Source: an uncultured Gemmatimonadales bacterium (lineage in GTDB: Bacteria; Gemmatimonadota; Gemmatimonadetes; Longimicrobiales; RSA9). From it: DNA of 64,000 nucleotides. The position numbers and the translations under genes were made by a program. The notes below the pieces were generated by a model. The model worked only from the letters and a program-made list of their open reading frames with translations. It made no database searches and was not told the DNA's origin. Where the stretch lies: NCBI GenBank assembly GCA_963798085.1, contig CAWCRS010000003.1, positions 160,001 to 224,000 on the forward strand. The letters run 5' to 3'. Below, one piece after another: positions 10,907 through 19,631 of this stretch (position 1 is its first letter; the number at the start of each line of letters is the position of its first letter).

Positions 10907-13012
10907 ATGACCGCGGGCCTGCTGCTGCTGATGGGCGTTCTGGCGGGTGGATCGTCTCCACCCGCCTCGCCGTTGTCACGCCATGGGACGCGGGCAACGG
11001 CGGTGGTGGGGACGCACGAGAGGGCCGCGCGGTCCGGGCTGGCAGCGGCGGATATGGCTGCGCTGCTGGAGCGCGCCAGCGGCGGCTGGTCGGCGGAAGG
11101 GTTGCGGATTCTGCGGGCCGGGCTGGCCGCGCGCGTGAAGGACCCCGTCGCCGCGGCGAAGTCGTTCGAGCGCGCGGCGCAGCTGCTGCCCGGGATGGCG
11201 GACTGGGCGCTGCTGCTGGCGGCGGATGCGCGCGCTTCGAGCGGGGACACGGCGGGTGTGCGACGTCTCCTCTCCGCGTCCGAGCCGGAGCTTGCGCGTC
11301 GCTGGGGCTGGCACTCGCGTGTAACTGCGGCGCGCATTGCCGGCGACATGGCGGGCGCTGCGCGCGCGGCCGAGGCCGCGCTGCGTGAGGCCGACGTCGG
11401 CCAGCGTGTCGAGATCGCACGCCTGCTTGCCGGGATCCGTCTGGCGACAGGCGACAGCGCGGGCGCACGCGCAGTGCTGCGCGCGGCCATCGCGGGAGCG
11501 CCGCTGTCCACCGGCGCGCTCGATGCCGCGCGGGTGCTGGTCACACTGCACCCGCTGCCGCAGGACCAGCTGCAGATCGGCCGGCTCTACTTCCGTCACG
11601 GCAACGCCGAGCGCGGCCAGGCCGGCATCGATGCCTACCTGCGCGCTAACAGCGTGTCAGAGGGCGAGCGCGCCCTGCTGCAGCTGGAAGCGGCGCGCGG
11701 CTACTCCGCATCGCCGCAGTGGCGGCTGGCCGAGCCTCGCCTGCGCGCGCTGGCCGCGGATACCGCACAGCCGGGGGTGGCCGCGGATGCGCTGGTGCTC
11801 CTGGGCCGCGTGCAGATCCGACTCGGCCGCATCGATGCTGCGGTGACAACACTGCGCGAAGCCCTCGACCGTTCGCCGGCCAGCGCGCGCGCCGAGGCGC
11901 TCTTCGCGCTGGCAGATCTGCAGCAGGACCGCGGTTCCGCGGACGAGGCCGGCATGCTCTATCGCGCATTGCTGGCGGATCATGCGGGAACGGAGCAGGC
12001 GGCCGAAGCAGCCATGCGCCTGGGCGGGCTCGACTACGTGGCCGGGCGCTACGCTGCGGCCGCGCAGATCTTCGACCAGTACCAGTCCGCGCACACGGGC
12101 GGACTGCGCTTCCAGCAGGCCGGCTACTGGGCCGGGCAGGCCTGGCTGGCCGCCGGCGACAGTGCCACGGCCGCGGTGCGGCTGGCGCAGGTGCAGCGCG
12201 CCGATCCCGCGTCGTTCTACGGACTGCGCGCGGGCGAAACGCTGGGCATGCCGCTGCGCGCCGTCCTCTCGGAATCGCCGGCCACGGACACGCTGGACGC
12301 GCGCCGCGCGCGTGGTGGCGCCGCGCGAGTGATCCTGCTGACGCAGTCCGGTCTGGGCGCCGAGGCGGCGCTGGAGACGGATCGCGTGATCGCGTTCTTC
12401 GCGCCATCGCGTGCCGGCGGCTACTCACTGGCCGAAGGTCTGGTTGCGGGCGGCCGCATCACGGAGGGCATCCGCCTTGGCCGCCAGCTGCAGCGCGCCG
12501 AAGGCAGCTGGAACGAGCGCCTGCTCCGCATCGTGTATCCCATGCCGTACCGCGACGAGATCATGGCTTCCTCGCGGCGCAACGGCGTGGACCCGTTCCT
12601 GGTCGCCGGACTCATCCGCCAGGAGTCGATGTTCGAGCCGGCCGCGCGCAGTCACGCCGGTGCCGTGGGCCTCATGCAGCTGCGACCGCTGACGGCCCGG
12701 GACCTGGCGCGCACCGACGGTCTCAAGCGCTTCACCGCGAGCATGCTGAAGGACCCGTCCGTGAACATTCGCCTGGGCACGCGCTTCGTCGCCGACCTGC
12801 TGCGCCGACACGAAGGCAGCCTGCCCTACGCCCTTGCCGCCTACAACGCGGGCCCCGGCCGCGTCACGCGCTGGCGCCGGCAGCCCGAGTCGATCGACGC
12901 CGAGATCTTCACGGAGCGCATCCCGTTTGCGGAGACGCGTGACTACGTGCGCACCGTGCAGCAGAACACGCGCATTTACGCAGCGCTGTATCCGGAGGGT
13001 GCGGGCAGGTAA
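10907..13012 (+). CDS. Soluble lytic murein transglycosylase with TPR-like helical repeats
   Basis: C-terminal SLT motifs IRQESMF, AVGLMQL, AAYNAGPG and IPFAETRDYV. Confidence 0.92.
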   Translation: MTAGLLLLMGVLAGGSSPPASPLSRHGTRATAVVGTHERAARSGLAAADMAALLERASGGWSAEGLRILRAGLAARVKDPVAAAKSFERAAQLLPGMADWALLLAADARASSGDTAGVRRLLSASEPELARRWGWHSRVTAARIAGDMAGAARAAEAALREADVGQRVEIARLLAGIRLATGDSAGARAVLRAAIAGAPLSTGALDAARVLVTLHPLPQDQLQIGRLYFRHGNAERGQAGIDAYLRANSVSEGERALLQLEAARGYSASPQWRLAEPRLRALAADTAQPGVAADALVLLGRVQIRLGRIDAAVTTLREALDRSPASARAEALFALADLQQDRGSADEAGMLYRALLADHAGTEQAAEAAMRLGGLDYVAGRYAAAAQIFDQYQSAHTGGLRFQQAGYWAGQAWLAAGDSATAAVRLAQVQRADPASFYGLRAGETLGMPLRAVLSESPATDTLDARRARGGAARVILLTQSGLGAEAALETDRVIAFFAPSRAGGYSLAEGLVAGGRITEGIRLGRQLQRAEGSWNERLLRIVYPMPYRDEIMASSRRNGVDPFLVAGLIRQESMFEPAARSHAGAVGLMQLRPLTARDLARTDGLKRFTASMLKDPSVNIRLGTRFVADLLRRHEGSLPYALAAYNAGPGRVTRWRRQPESIDAEIFTERIPFAETRDYVRTVQQNTRIYAALYPEGAGR

Positions 13013-13036
13013 GTCGTTCGGATTTCCCGACGGCGG

Positions 13037-13065
13037 TTGTCAACCAACCGCCTCCTTTCTACGAT
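13037..13065 (+). promoter_or_regulatory. Sigma-70-type promoter, probably for a leaderless mRNA
   Basis: TTGTCA-N17-TACGAT ends 5 nt before ATG 13071, and no SD sequence is present. Confidence 0.55.
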
Positions 13066-13070
13066 TCGGC

Positions 13071-13484
13071 ATGAATCGGACGCTCGCGTCGCGGTCGGTC
13101 GCGCTGCTGCTTTCGGCGCTGTTCGCGGTTTCCACCGCGGAGCTGCCAGGGCTCCACGCCTGTCCGATGCACTCGGCTCTGGCGCTCGGGCACGGGCCTG
13201 CCGCGCATGATGGCGCTGCGCCCATGGCCGGGCACATGGGCGATGCCGCAATGGCATCGCATGGTCACGAGCAGCATCAGCCGGGTTCTTCGCACCCGTG
13301 CACCTGCCTGGGCATGTGCTGCGCGGCGCAGGTCGTCGCGCTCGGCTCCGCTCGCATCCGGTGTGGTGCTGAGCCGGAGCCGGAGCAGTGGCTGACGCCG
13401 CCGCCCGCCGACCCGGGCATTCTTCCGCCCGCAGCCACACCCTACCTCCTGCCGTTTCCCAACGGACCTCCACTCACGGCGTAA
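13071..13484 (+). CDS. His/Met/Cys-rich secreted leader-like protein (DUF2946/CutF-like architecture)
   Basis: Signal peptide, CPMH, His/Met-rich linker, CTCLGMCC, and a Pro-rich tail ending PFPNGPPLTA. Confidence 0.65.
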   Translation: MNRTLASRSVALLLSALFAVSTAELPGLHACPMHSALALGHGPAAHDGAAPMAGHMGDAAMASHGHEQHQPGSSHPCTCLGMCCAAQVVALGSARIRCGAEPEPEQWLTPPPADPGILPPAATPYLLPFPNGPPLTA

Positions 13485-13789
13485 CCGCGTCTCCGCGCCG
13501 GCTCGCGTGTCGCACTGACGGGCTGACACCGGCGGAGGCACGATCCCGATCGACAAGCAAAGTCTCGCCCTCAGCACCCGCGTGGCGCGGGCTGCGGCGA
13601 GGCCGTGGCCGTCGGGAGGCGATCCCGGACTGCGTCATGCGCGCAGGCGGGAAGCCGGTCTGACGTCCTGTTAGCGACTGACCGGGGACCCGGCGCAGCA
13701 GCCACCACCGAAAGCGTGGGCTGCGGCCCGGCGTCACGCATGGGAGCGTGTAGCGGCGCTATCGCCGCGACCACCATCAGGAGGATGGG

Positions 13790-14932
13790 GTGTCAACCGC
13801 AATCGCATACATCGACGAATCCGTTTCCGCCGTGAGCAGCCGGCGGATGAAAAGCAGCGACCGCTGGCTGGTGGGGCCGTTCTACGACCTTGCCTTCATC
13901 ATCTTCTCGTCGTCGCTGCTGTTCTTCCCGCACGTGAGTCACGCGCTGGTGAAGAGCAACATCGTCGTCGACCTGCTGGTCACCATGGTCATCGGCGGAC
14001 CGCATCTCTTCGCCACCTACACGATGACGCTGATGGAGCCGGACTTCCGCAGGCGTTACCCGATCTACTCGAAGGGAGCGTTCCTGCTGCCGGTGCTCAT
14101 CGTGTCGCTGGCCGTCTGGAATCTCACGGTGCTCGTGACCGTGTTCTTCTTCTGGGCGTCCGTGCACGTGATCCATCAGGCGGCGTTCATCGCGGACGCG
14201 TATCGCATGAAGGACCCGCGCGGCTGGACGTGGGCGGGCCGCGCCATCGACTACGGTCTCATTTTCACCTGCCTCTACCCGATCGCGACGCAGAAGCTGA
14301 TCCACAGCCAGTTCGTCACGGGTGGCCGGACGCTGTTGTTTCCCGATGCCCTGAAGTTCTCGTTTGTGCCGTGGCTGGTGTGGGGTGTGTTTCTGTTCTT
14401 TCTGTTCGCGTTCGTGATAAAGACCGGCTGGGAGATCCGCACCCACCGTTTCCATGGGCCGAAAACGCTGCATATGGCGGTGGCCACCGCGCTGTTCTTC
14501 TACACGCCGTCGCTGCGCAATCTGGATGTCGCGTTCCAGGGCCTGAATGTGTGGCATTCGTTCCAGTATCTCGCGGTGGTGCTTTACCTGAACCGGCTGC
14601 GCCAGCAGAAGGGCCTGATCGGGTCGCACGCGGTGCGCAGCGTGTCGCGTCGAGGCTGGAAACTGTACGCGATGTGTCTGGCCTTCACGGTGGGCGCGGG
14701 CGTCGTGTTCCTCGGTGTGCTCGGCCTTGTCGTGCACCTGGGCGTGTTCCAGACCGGCGCACCCATGCACAACTTCCTCTACGGCACCGTCGCCAGTGAC
14801 CAGCACTACTTCGCTTTCTACAGCGTGATCCTGAGCTTCCTGCTCATCCATTACTACTTCGATCACTTCATTTTCCTGGGCCGCGACAAGCAGATCACGC
14901 CCACATTCGAGCCGCTGGCAGGCGCCGCATGA
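13790..14932 (+). CDS. Polytopic membrane protein with His motifs, function unknown
   Basis: AGGAGG SD, about 9-10 TM segments, and motifs GPHLFATY, HVIHQ, WHSFQYL and HYYFDH. Confidence 0.8.
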   Translation: MSTAIAYIDESVSAVSSRRMKSSDRWLVGPFYDLAFIIFSSSLLFFPHVSHALVKSNIVVDLLVTMVIGGPHLFATYTMTLMEPDFRRRYPIYSKGAFLLPVLIVSLAVWNLTVLVTVFFFWASVHVIHQAAFIADAYRMKDPRGWTWAGRAIDYGLIFTCLYPIATQKLIHSQFVTGGRTLLFPDALKFSFVPWLVWGVFLFFLFAFVIKTGWEIRTHRFHGPKTLHMAVATALFFYTPSLRNLDVAFQGLNVWHSFQYLAVVLYLNRLRQQKGLIGSHAVRSVSRRGWKLYAMCLAFTVGAGVVFLGVLGLVVHLGVFQTGAPMHNFLYGTVASDQHYFAFYSVILSFLLIHYYFDHFIFLGRDKQITPTFEPLAGAA

Positions 14933-15119
14933 GCAACGCAGCCGGAGTTCTGTCTCGATCCTGGCGCTCGTCGGCCCGTTGCCCGCGGCGGCCGCAACGC
15001 GGGCGTCCTGACGCGGACACGAGGCGGGCACGTCGCCCCGCATCCCCGCCGTTTTGTTGCCGCTGCAGCGGCGGTGGCGCATCTTCCGGCTCCGCTCGCA
15101 CATCACAGGGAGGTCACAC

Positions 15120-16845
15120 TTGACGCCGAAACGCATGATTCAGGCGACGATTCCGTTCATTGTTCTCGTCGCTGCCTGTCAGTCCGGTGGTGATCAGGCC
15201 GATAGCGCCGGCGCCATGGCCGGCAATGACGCCGCCATCAAGCCCGCGCTGGAGAGCATCACGTCGCAGGACATTCTCAAGCACATCCAGCGGCTGGCAT
15301 CGGACGGCTTCGAGGGCCGCGCGCCGGGCACGCGGGGCGAGGATTCCGCGGTGAACTACATCAGCTCGGAGTTCAAGCGCCTGGGGCTGAAGCCGGGCAA
15401 TCCGGATGGCACGTACATCCAGCCGGTGCCGCTCGTCGGCTTCACGGCGAAGGTGACGGCCAGCATGAATGTGAAGGGCAAGGCCATGCCATTCGCGGGA
15501 CCGGCGGACTTCGTCGCGGACACGCGGCGCGTCGTGCCCGCGGTCGACATCGACAATTCGGACGTCGTGTTCGTCGGTTACGGTGTGGATGCGCCCGAAT
15601 ACAAGTGGGACGACTACAAGGGCATGGACATGACCGGCAAGACGCTGCTGATGCTGGTCAATGATCCGCAGATCCCGGACCCGGCGGACGCGTCGAAGCT
15701 GGACACGGCGATGTTCAAGGGAAAGGCAATGACGTACTACGGGCGCTGGACCTACAAGTTCGAGGAAGCCGGCGCGAAGAAGGCCGCGGCCGTGCTGGTG
15801 ATCCACGAGACGGGACCCGCCGGGTATCCGTGGGACGTGCCGGCCAACGGCTGGGGCACGGAAGCGTTCGACATCAAGCCCGCGAATGGCAACATGGATC
15901 ATGTCGCAGTGCAGGGTTGGGTACGCGACGAATTCGTGAAGAAGCTCTTCGCCGCGTCGGGCCAGGATTTCGCGAAGCTGAAGCAGGCCGGCTCTGAGCC
16001 GTGACTTCAAGCCGGTCGCGCTGCCCGCGAAGGCGAGCTTCCACATCCGCAATGCGCTGCGCGAGGTGCAGTCACGCAATGTGATCGCGAAGCTGGAGGG
16101 GTCGGACCCGCAGCTGAAGGACCAGTACATGGTCTACACCGCGCATTGGGACCACCTCGGCCGCGACACCACGAAGAAGGGCGACCAGATCTTCAATGGC
16201 GCACTGGACAATGCGTCGGGCTCGGCTGCGCTGCTGGAGCTGGCCGAGGCCTTCACGAAGCTGAGCCCCGCGCCTCGCCGGTCGATCCTGTTTCTTTCGG
16301 TGACGGCGGAGGAGAAGGGACTGCTGGGCGCGAAGTACTACGCCGAGAATCCACTCTATCCGCTGGCAAAGACCGCGGCCGACATCAACATGGACGGCGT
16401 GAACCAGTGGGGCCGCACCAAGGACATCGTGGTGGTCGGGCTGGGCAATTCCTCGCTCGATGATGCGCTGCAGGCAGCGGCCGGCGTGCAGGAGCGCGTG
16501 CTCGCGCCCGATCCGGAATCGGAGAAGGGCTTCTTCTATCGCAGCGACCATTTCGAGTTCGCCAAGCAGGGCGTGCCCGCGCTCTACACGGACGCGGGTG
16601 TCGACTTTATCGGCAAACCCGCCGGCTGGGGCCAGCAGAAGCGTGACGAGTACACCGCCAACGACTACCACAAGGTCTCCGACGAGATCAAGCCCGACTG
16701 GGACCTCTCCGGCGCCGTCGAGGATCTCCAGCTGCTCTTCCTGGTCGGCCGCGCCGTGGCTCAAGGCGATAATATGCCGGTCTGGAAACCGGGAACGGAG
16801 TTCAAGGCGAAGCGGGATGCCATGATGGGGAAGACGGGTAGCTGA
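15120..16845 (+). CDS. M28 family metallopeptidase lipoprotein with PA domain, frameshifted at ~15990
   Basis: Lipobox [19 protein letters not shown] (PA domain), [28 protein letters not shown] and YH. The two ORFs join as [12 protein letters not shown] after removing one base. Confidence 0.88.
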
Positions 16846-16860
16846 ACGGAATTCTGTCGC

Positions 16861-17270
16861 GGCGTTTCTGGGGCTCGGGCTGGGCTAACGGATTGAACGG
16901 CGTTGCTGGGGCTGGTTGCTCCGGAACGGATTGAACGGCGTTGCTGGGGCTGGTTGCTGGCGCTGGTTGCTCGGGAACGGCGTACGGATTCAACGGCCTC
17001 TGGTGGGATGGCAGGAACGGCGAGCTCGGGTCGCCGTTCCCTGCCCTGCTAACGTGCCGTTATGACGACTCGGATGTCCCAGTTCCATGCAGTTGTCCGG
17101 CAACCAGCCCGGAAAACGGCTTTCGTCCGTGCAGTTCCCCAGCAACCAGCCCGAGCAACCAGCGCCAGCAACGCAGTCGTTTCCGTGCTGTTCCCGAGCA
17201 ACCAGCCGCAGCCCGAGCCCCAGAAACGCCATTGATCCGTTAATCCCAGCCCGAGCCCGAGCCCGAGCCC
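16861..17270. repeat. Nested palindromic REP/BIME-like intergenic element
   Basis: 22-bp perfect IR (16861-16882 / 17209-17230), 23-bp perfect IR (16953-16975 / 17150-17172), 34-bp direct repeat (16887-16920, 16925-16958), central hairpin ~17010-17045, and (AGCCCG)~4 at 17248-17270. Confidence 0.8.
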
Positions 17271-17295
17271 AAGGTCCAGAAACGCGGTTCCAACC

Positions 17296-19317
17296 ATGAC
17301 TGACCGCGACCAGGCACACGACCACCACCATCACGACGGTCACCAGACGAGTGGCCCGCATGCGGGCCACTCGCCGGCGATGTTCCGCGACCGGTTCTGG
17401 GGCTCGCTGCTGCTGACGCTGCCCACGCTGGTGTGGGCAGACATGATCCAGCGGTGGTTCCATTTCCGGGCGCCGGTGTTTCCCGGGTCTCAGTACATCC
17501 CTGCCCTGTTCGGCACGCTGGTCTTCCTGTATGGCGGCCTGGTATTCGTGCGCGGCGCAGTGGGCGAGGTGCGGGACCGGCGGCCGGGCATGATGACGCT
17601 GATCGCGCTGGCCATGGGCGTGGCCTTCAGCTTCAGCATTGCCGTAACACTCGGTTATCCGGGTACACCGATCTGGTGGGAGCTGGCCACGCTGGTAACC
17701 ATCATGCTGCTGGGCCACTGGATCGAGATGCGCTCGGTGCTGCAGGCCAGCGGGGCGCTGCGCGAGCTGGCGAAGCTGCTGCCGGACACGGCGGTGCGCC
17801 TGGCGGGCGAAACGCAGGAGGAAGTGCCAGTGTCGGCGCTGCGCGAGGGCAATGTCGTTCTGGTACGACCCGGCGCGGCGGTTCCCGCTGACGGTGAGGT
17901 GCGTTCGGGGCGGAGCAGCGTGAACGAGTCGCTGATCACAGGCGAGTCGCGGCCGGTCGAGAAGCACGAAGGCGACCGCGTCATTGCGGGCGCAGTGAAC
18001 GGCGCGGGCGCGCTGCACGTGCGGGTCACGGGCACGGGCGAGAAGACGGCGCTCGCCGGCATCATGCGACTGGTCGCACAGGCGCAGTCCTCGCGTTCGC
18101 GCGCACAGGCGCTGGCGGACCGGGCGGCGTTCCTGCTGACGATCATCGCCATCGTCTCCGGCATCGCGACGCTGGTGGTGTGGCTGCTGCTGGGCGCGGC
18201 ACCGGACTTTGCCATTCAACGGCTGGTCACCGTACTGGTGATCGCCTGCCCGCACGCGCTCGGCCTGGCGATTCCGCTGGTCATCGCGATCTCGACGACG
18301 CTGGGTGCGCGCGCCGGTCTGCTGGTGCGCGACCGTCGCGGTCTCGAGGAAGCGCGCAACCTGACGGCGGTTGTGTTCGACAAGACGGGGACCCTCACGC
18401 GTGGCGAGTTCCGCGTCGTGGACATTGCCACGACGGCCGGCACGACGGCGGATCAGGCATTGTCGCTGGCGGCCGCGCTGGAGCGGGATTCCGAGCATCC
18501 GATTGCGGCGGCCATCATGCAGAGCGCGACCGAGCGTGGGCTCATTGTTCCCGCCGCGCGTGATTTCCAGGCGATCGCGGGTCACGGCGTCCAGGCCGAA
18601 GTGGCCGGCCGAACGCTGCACGTGGGTGGGCCGGCGCTGCTCGCCCGCCTGCGCGCTGCGCCGGACGAGGCGCTGCGTGCGGCCGCCGAGCGCGCCGCTG
18701 CGCGCGGTCAGGCTGCCATCTACCTCGTCGATGATGGACAGGTGCGCGCGGTGCTGGCCGTCGCGGACGCCGTGCGCGAGGAGTCGCGCGAAGCAGTGAA
18801 CGCGCTGCATCAGGCGGGGATCCGCGTCGTCATGATGACGGGCGATGCGCGCGCCGTTGCGGATGCGGTGGGCCGCGAGCTGGGCATCGACACGGTCTTC
18901 GCGGAAGTGCTGCCCGCAGAGAAGGCGGATCGCATCAAGGAGCTGCAGCGCCAGGGCGAGACCGTGGCCATGGTCGGCGATGGCGTGAACGACGCGCCCG
19001 CGCTGCTCACGGCCAATGTGGGCATTGCGATTGGCGCGGGCACGGACGTGGCCGTGGAAGCCGGCGATGTCGTGCTCGTGCGCAGCGACCCGCGCGATGT
19101 GTCGCGCATCGTGCGGCTCAGCCGCGCCAGCTATCGCAAGATGGTGCAGAACCTGTGGTGGGCGGCCGGCTACAACATCATTGCCATCCCGCTGGCGGCG
19201 GGGATTGGCAAGCCGTGGGGCCTGGTACTCGCCCCGGCTGCCGGGGCGGTGCTCATGTCGCTGAGCACGGTGGTGGTGGCGGTGAACGCGCAGCTGCTGC
19301 GGCGGGCGGAGATCTGA
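17296..19317 (+). CDS. copB: Copper-translocating P1B-type ATPase, CPH subtype (P1B-3, CopB-like)
   Basis: His-rich N-terminus, TGES, IACPHAL, DKTGT, EHP, GDGVNDAP, YN in TM7 and MSLST in TM8. Confidence 0.9.
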   Translation: MTDRDQAHDHHHHDGHQTSGPHAGHSPAMFRDRFWGSLLLTLPTLVWADMIQRWFHFRAPVFPGSQYIPALFGTLVFLYGGLVFVRGAVGEVRDRRPGMMTLIALAMGVAFSFSIAVTLGYPGTPIWWELATLVTIMLLGHWIEMRSVLQASGALRELAKLLPDTAVRLAGETQEEVPVSALREGNVVLVRPGAAVPADGEVRSGRSSVNESLITGESRPVEKHEGDRVIAGAVNGAGALHVRVTGTGEKTALAGIMRLVAQAQSSRSRAQALADRAAFLLTIIAIVSGIATLVVWLLLGAAPDFAIQRLVTVLVIACPHALGLAIPLVIAISTTLGARAGLLVRDRRGLEEARNLTAVVFDKTGTLTRGEFRVVDIATTAGTTADQALSLAAALERDSEHPIAAAIMQSATERGLIVPAARDFQAIAGHGVQAEVAGRTLHVGGPALLARLRAAPDEALRAAAERAAARGQAAIYLVDDGQVRAVLAVADAVREESREAVNALHQAGIRVVMMTGDARAVADAVGRELGIDTVFAEVLPAEKADRIKELQRQGETVAMVGDGVNDAPALLTANVGIAIGAGTDVAVEAGDVVLVRSDPRDVSRIVRLSRASYRKMVQNLWWAAGYNIIAIPLAAGIGKPWGLVLAPAAGAVLMSLSTVVVAVNAQLLRRAEI

Positions 19318-19631
19318 TGCAGGGTGGACCCGGCCGCTGCAACGGGCTGTTATCGCCGGCGGCTGTGACTGTAACAGCGGGTCAGCAGGGGATGACTGGC
19401 GGCGCGTTCCCCGCCGTGGCGTATCCGGCTCCTCCAGCCTTGGCCGTACGCGTGTCGGTCCCGGCGCGCGGGTTGCGCCTGTAGAGGGTGGAGCCCGGTC
19501 CCCGGCCGGGCCCTGTCGCGAGATTGGCTGGACGTGCAGCTTGTGCGGACCCGCGGACTCTCCGACCCGACGGCTGCGGGGCCCGGGCAGGGCGATTCGC
19601 CCGCCCGTGCCTCCCGATCGGCTGGCAGGCA

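Noticed and set aside
13640..13730. Cobalamin, c-di-AMP or c-di-GMP riboswitch (GGGAAGCCGGT, GGGGACCC, GAAA loop)
   Set aside because: Only isolated fragments match; the remaining conserved elements and spacing could not be found.
15980..16004. Programmed ribosomal frameshifting at the split genes
   Set aside because: No slippery heptamer at these sites, and these families are not known to use recoding. Sequencing indels are the simpler explanation.
16887..16958. 34-bp direct repeat as a CRISPR array
   Set aside because: Only two copies separated by 4 nt, with no spacers and no cas genes in the window.
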